A stretch of DNA of 64,000 nt from the human T2T-CHM13v2.0 reference genome, Homo sapiens: assembly GCF_009914755.1 (NCBI RefSeq), contig NC_060932.1; one strand, given 5' to 3'. The position numbers and the translations under genes were made by a program. The notes below the pieces were generated by a model, which had not been told where the DNA came from, did no database searches, and was given only the letters and a program-made list of their open reading frames with translations. Below, piece by piece: positions 61,420-64,000 of the stretch (its first letter is position 1; every line of letters starts with the position of its first letter).

Positions 61420-61764
61420 TTCGTAGCCCAGACCACAGAGATTCCCATCTTTGCATCTTGCTCAGAGGGCTAGGTCCAAAGTGCCTGGTTTGAGTTACCT
61501 GGAACTGCATTCTTAGTCTTAGCTGACTGGAGCATGAGTAAGCAGACACCCAATTCTTTCTGCTCAGAGTTTAGGACTTGAACTGTAACACAAAGAAACT
61601 GCAGAGAGTTCAGTTAAGCACAAGGTTCTCGAGGAAAGATCCACAATCCTACTTTGAAATCCTCAGAGCCTGGCTTGAAACCTTACAACAAATTACCTAT
61701 TTTGGTCTAAAGTAGCTGGAACTGGTTTTTGTTACATGCAAACAATAAACCCTTAACAAATGCA
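61420..61764 (+). mobile_element. Old MLT1-type LTR remnant
   Basis: 3' terminus 'ggtttttgttacatgcaaacaataaacccttaacaaatgca'. Confidence 0.4.
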
Positions 61765-62122
61765 CAATTCAAATGTTAATTTGCTAGAAAACTCAGACTA
61801 TCTTTGGTAAATAGTACAGAAAATATCAGATTTATCAGGGTTTCCACACAGCATTTGAAACAAGCTTGTTTTTAACTCATGGTACTGATTTCCAGGGCCC
61901 TATTTGGGCTGGTGATGAAATTAAGATAGATCCAGTTTGTGGAGTGGGCACTAGCCCTCCTCTTGTCTATCTGCATGAGCTCATTGACAGCCTGAGGAGG
62001 CTCTTGGTTGGGGTGGGATGGGAGACAGGCGTGATCTGAACCCTGTCCCCAAGGGCAGTGTGTATATGTATGCGTGTGGTATGTGTGTGGTATATGTATG
62101 CATGTGGTATATGTATGCCTGT

Positions 62123-62124
<2 letters not shown>

Positions 62125-62158
<34 letters not shown>
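62125..62158. repeat. (AC)17 microsatellite preceded by a TG-rich tract
   Basis: Directly visible. Confidence 0.95.
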
Positions 62159-62160
<2 letters not shown>

Positions 62161-63149
62161 CTGAAAGATGGAGGGGCACCTTACACCCCATATGAGAGGA
62201 TTCAGGATAAAGAGGGAGTCTAATCACGAGCCATTCAGCATTGTAAGTTTTAAACATCAAGTGGAAGGCAGTAGTTGAAAGAAGACAGTCTGGTTCTACA
62301 CCAATCAATACCCTGGTGGCACTGTTGCCCCAAGGAGAAACAGAGCTGTGGTCAAATCCACAGAGCCATGTAATACTTTGAGGTCCAAGCCGATCTGCAC
62401 TGGGACGGATCCCAGATCCACATAAGAAGAATTACCCCTCCTATCTGCCCCCTCCCGCTATCTCCCTCAAGAGTCCATTTGGCCTAAGTCTGCAGTGACC
62501 CACACTGATATGTGCGCTTGTGCCACCGAGCTCGACCTGTGCAGGAGGGATGGCTCAGCCCCAGGGAACAGCAATCTTCCATGGCCAAAGCGGGACACAG
62601 CATGGACAGAGCTCTAGCCCATGGAGGCCTTGGTGCAGATTGGGTAGAGAGAAATAGTGTATCGGGACCACTGGAGCTACAACCTTATGCCTTGGAGGGT
62701 CTGGCACTGTCAGGAGAACCACCAGATCAATTTGTGGATATATGTTTGCACCCTCAGGGAACTGCTAGCCGTACTGGGGTGGTAACAGAGAATTTTATCA
62801 GGGACTAAAATCAGCAAATCACATGAATCAGCACAGCTTCCCAGGCTGCTACAAGGTACAGAGGCACATGGAACCTCTTTCAAGTGCCTGTGGATCTGCC
62901 ACAGGGTAGGACAGTATTTGCACACAAGCAGCAAGATAAAGATCCACCAAAGAGCAATCCCTGAACCTGTTTTGGGAAAGTTTAAGCTGGGAGCATGAAT
63001 CCTCATAAGGGATATGAGAATTCCTTCCAGAATGTCAGAGATGGGGCCCACATGTGGGGACAGAGATTTGGGATACTCAGAAAGCCTTCTCACATAAAAG
63101 TAAATTTGTTTAAAAAACTAGCTCCTTCTCTGGGAACACCGAATTTTTC

Positions 63150-63519
63150 AATAGCCATGAATGGAAAACTCCAGAAATAAACCATCCCTAAGTTTTAAAT
63201 GTCATGCTGTTCTGAGTAGTGTGAAGAAATTTCATGCCATCCTGCTCTGTTGCACATGTGATGTGAATCATCCCTTCGTCCAGCATCCCCACACTGTACA
63301 CGGACCCGCCTGTGAGTCACTTAGCCGCCCTCTTGGTTATTAGGTCCACTGTATTACAGTCCTTGGGTTCCAGGAACCCTTATTTCACTCAATAATAGCC
63401 CCAAAGTGCAAAGAGTCATGATTAAAATAATAAATTATTCTATTTATTATTAGTTATTAATCTCTTACTTTCTAATGTACACATTAAACTTTATAAGCAT
63501 GTGTGTATCTGTGTGTGTA

Positions 63520-63577
<58 letters not shown>

Positions 63578-63660
63578 CAGGGTTCAGTACTAGCCTCAGT
63601 TTCAGGCATCCACTGGGGATTCTGGAACATATCCCCCGTGAACAAGGGAGGACTACTGTA
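63150..63660. mobile_element. MER44/Tigger7-type Tc1-mariner fossil with internal (TG)n(TA)n
   Basis: 'atggaaaactccagaaataaac...gatgtgaatcatccctt.gtccagc'; right TIR 'caggcatccactgggg...ggactactg' plus TA; microsatellite at 63501-63573. Confidence 0.85.
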
Positions 63661-64000
63661 CCTTTTGTCTATTATAATGATCAGGATTTAATATTTTCAG
63701 ACCACAGTCGATCTCAGGTAACAAACTGAAACCAGTTGATCTCAGGTAACAAACAAGTGAAACTGTGGATAAGTGGGGGTGACTACCATACCTGGAGTTT
63801 GGTTTTGGTAGAGGATGAAGCCTAAATAGAGAGAACCTGATTAAGTAGTGTGTCTGCATGGATACTTAGCTGTGTCATTTCTTTGTTTCGGGTTTTACCA
63901 TTGGCCCTAACAAGCGATTTATTCCATGTAATCAGTTCATGGCTCTGCTTTAGTGAAAAAGAGTGAGGAGAAACCTCTCCCTGCTCTAGCAATTAGGCTT

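Overview
Human genomic DNA, AT-rich and dominated by interspersed repeats, with no CpG island and no recognisable host protein-coding gene. The species call rests on a near-consensus AluYb8, a human-specific subfamily, at ~31.6-31.9 kb. Nearly all listed ORFs are L1/ERV remnants or artefacts of Alu and simple repeats. Main contents: (1) a 5'-truncated L1PA3-like element (minus strand) whose 15-bp target-site duplications enclose an extra ~265-bp non-L1 segment with its own AATAAA and A-tail, i.e. an L1 3' transduction; (2) a two-LTR MER50 provirus (52812-59929) with a tRNA-His-like PBS, deleted gag carrying two zinc knuckles, dead protease/RT remnants and a PPT, flanked by an orphan MER50 LTR piece and a MER4D solo LTR; (3) an ERV-L pol/integrase/dUTPase fragment abutting an MLT1A LTR; (4) a CR1/L3 RT fossil still in frame; (5) many Alu, L1, L2, MIR, MaLR and DNA-transposon fossils, a 29-bp VNTR and microsatellites; (6) a few strong minus-strand splice-site pairs that may be exons of an unidentified transcript. 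Subfamily names were assigned by eye from remembered consensus features and need RepeatMasker/Dfam confirmation. I found no evidence for a wholly new biological system; the best leads are the transduction and the ERV cluster.
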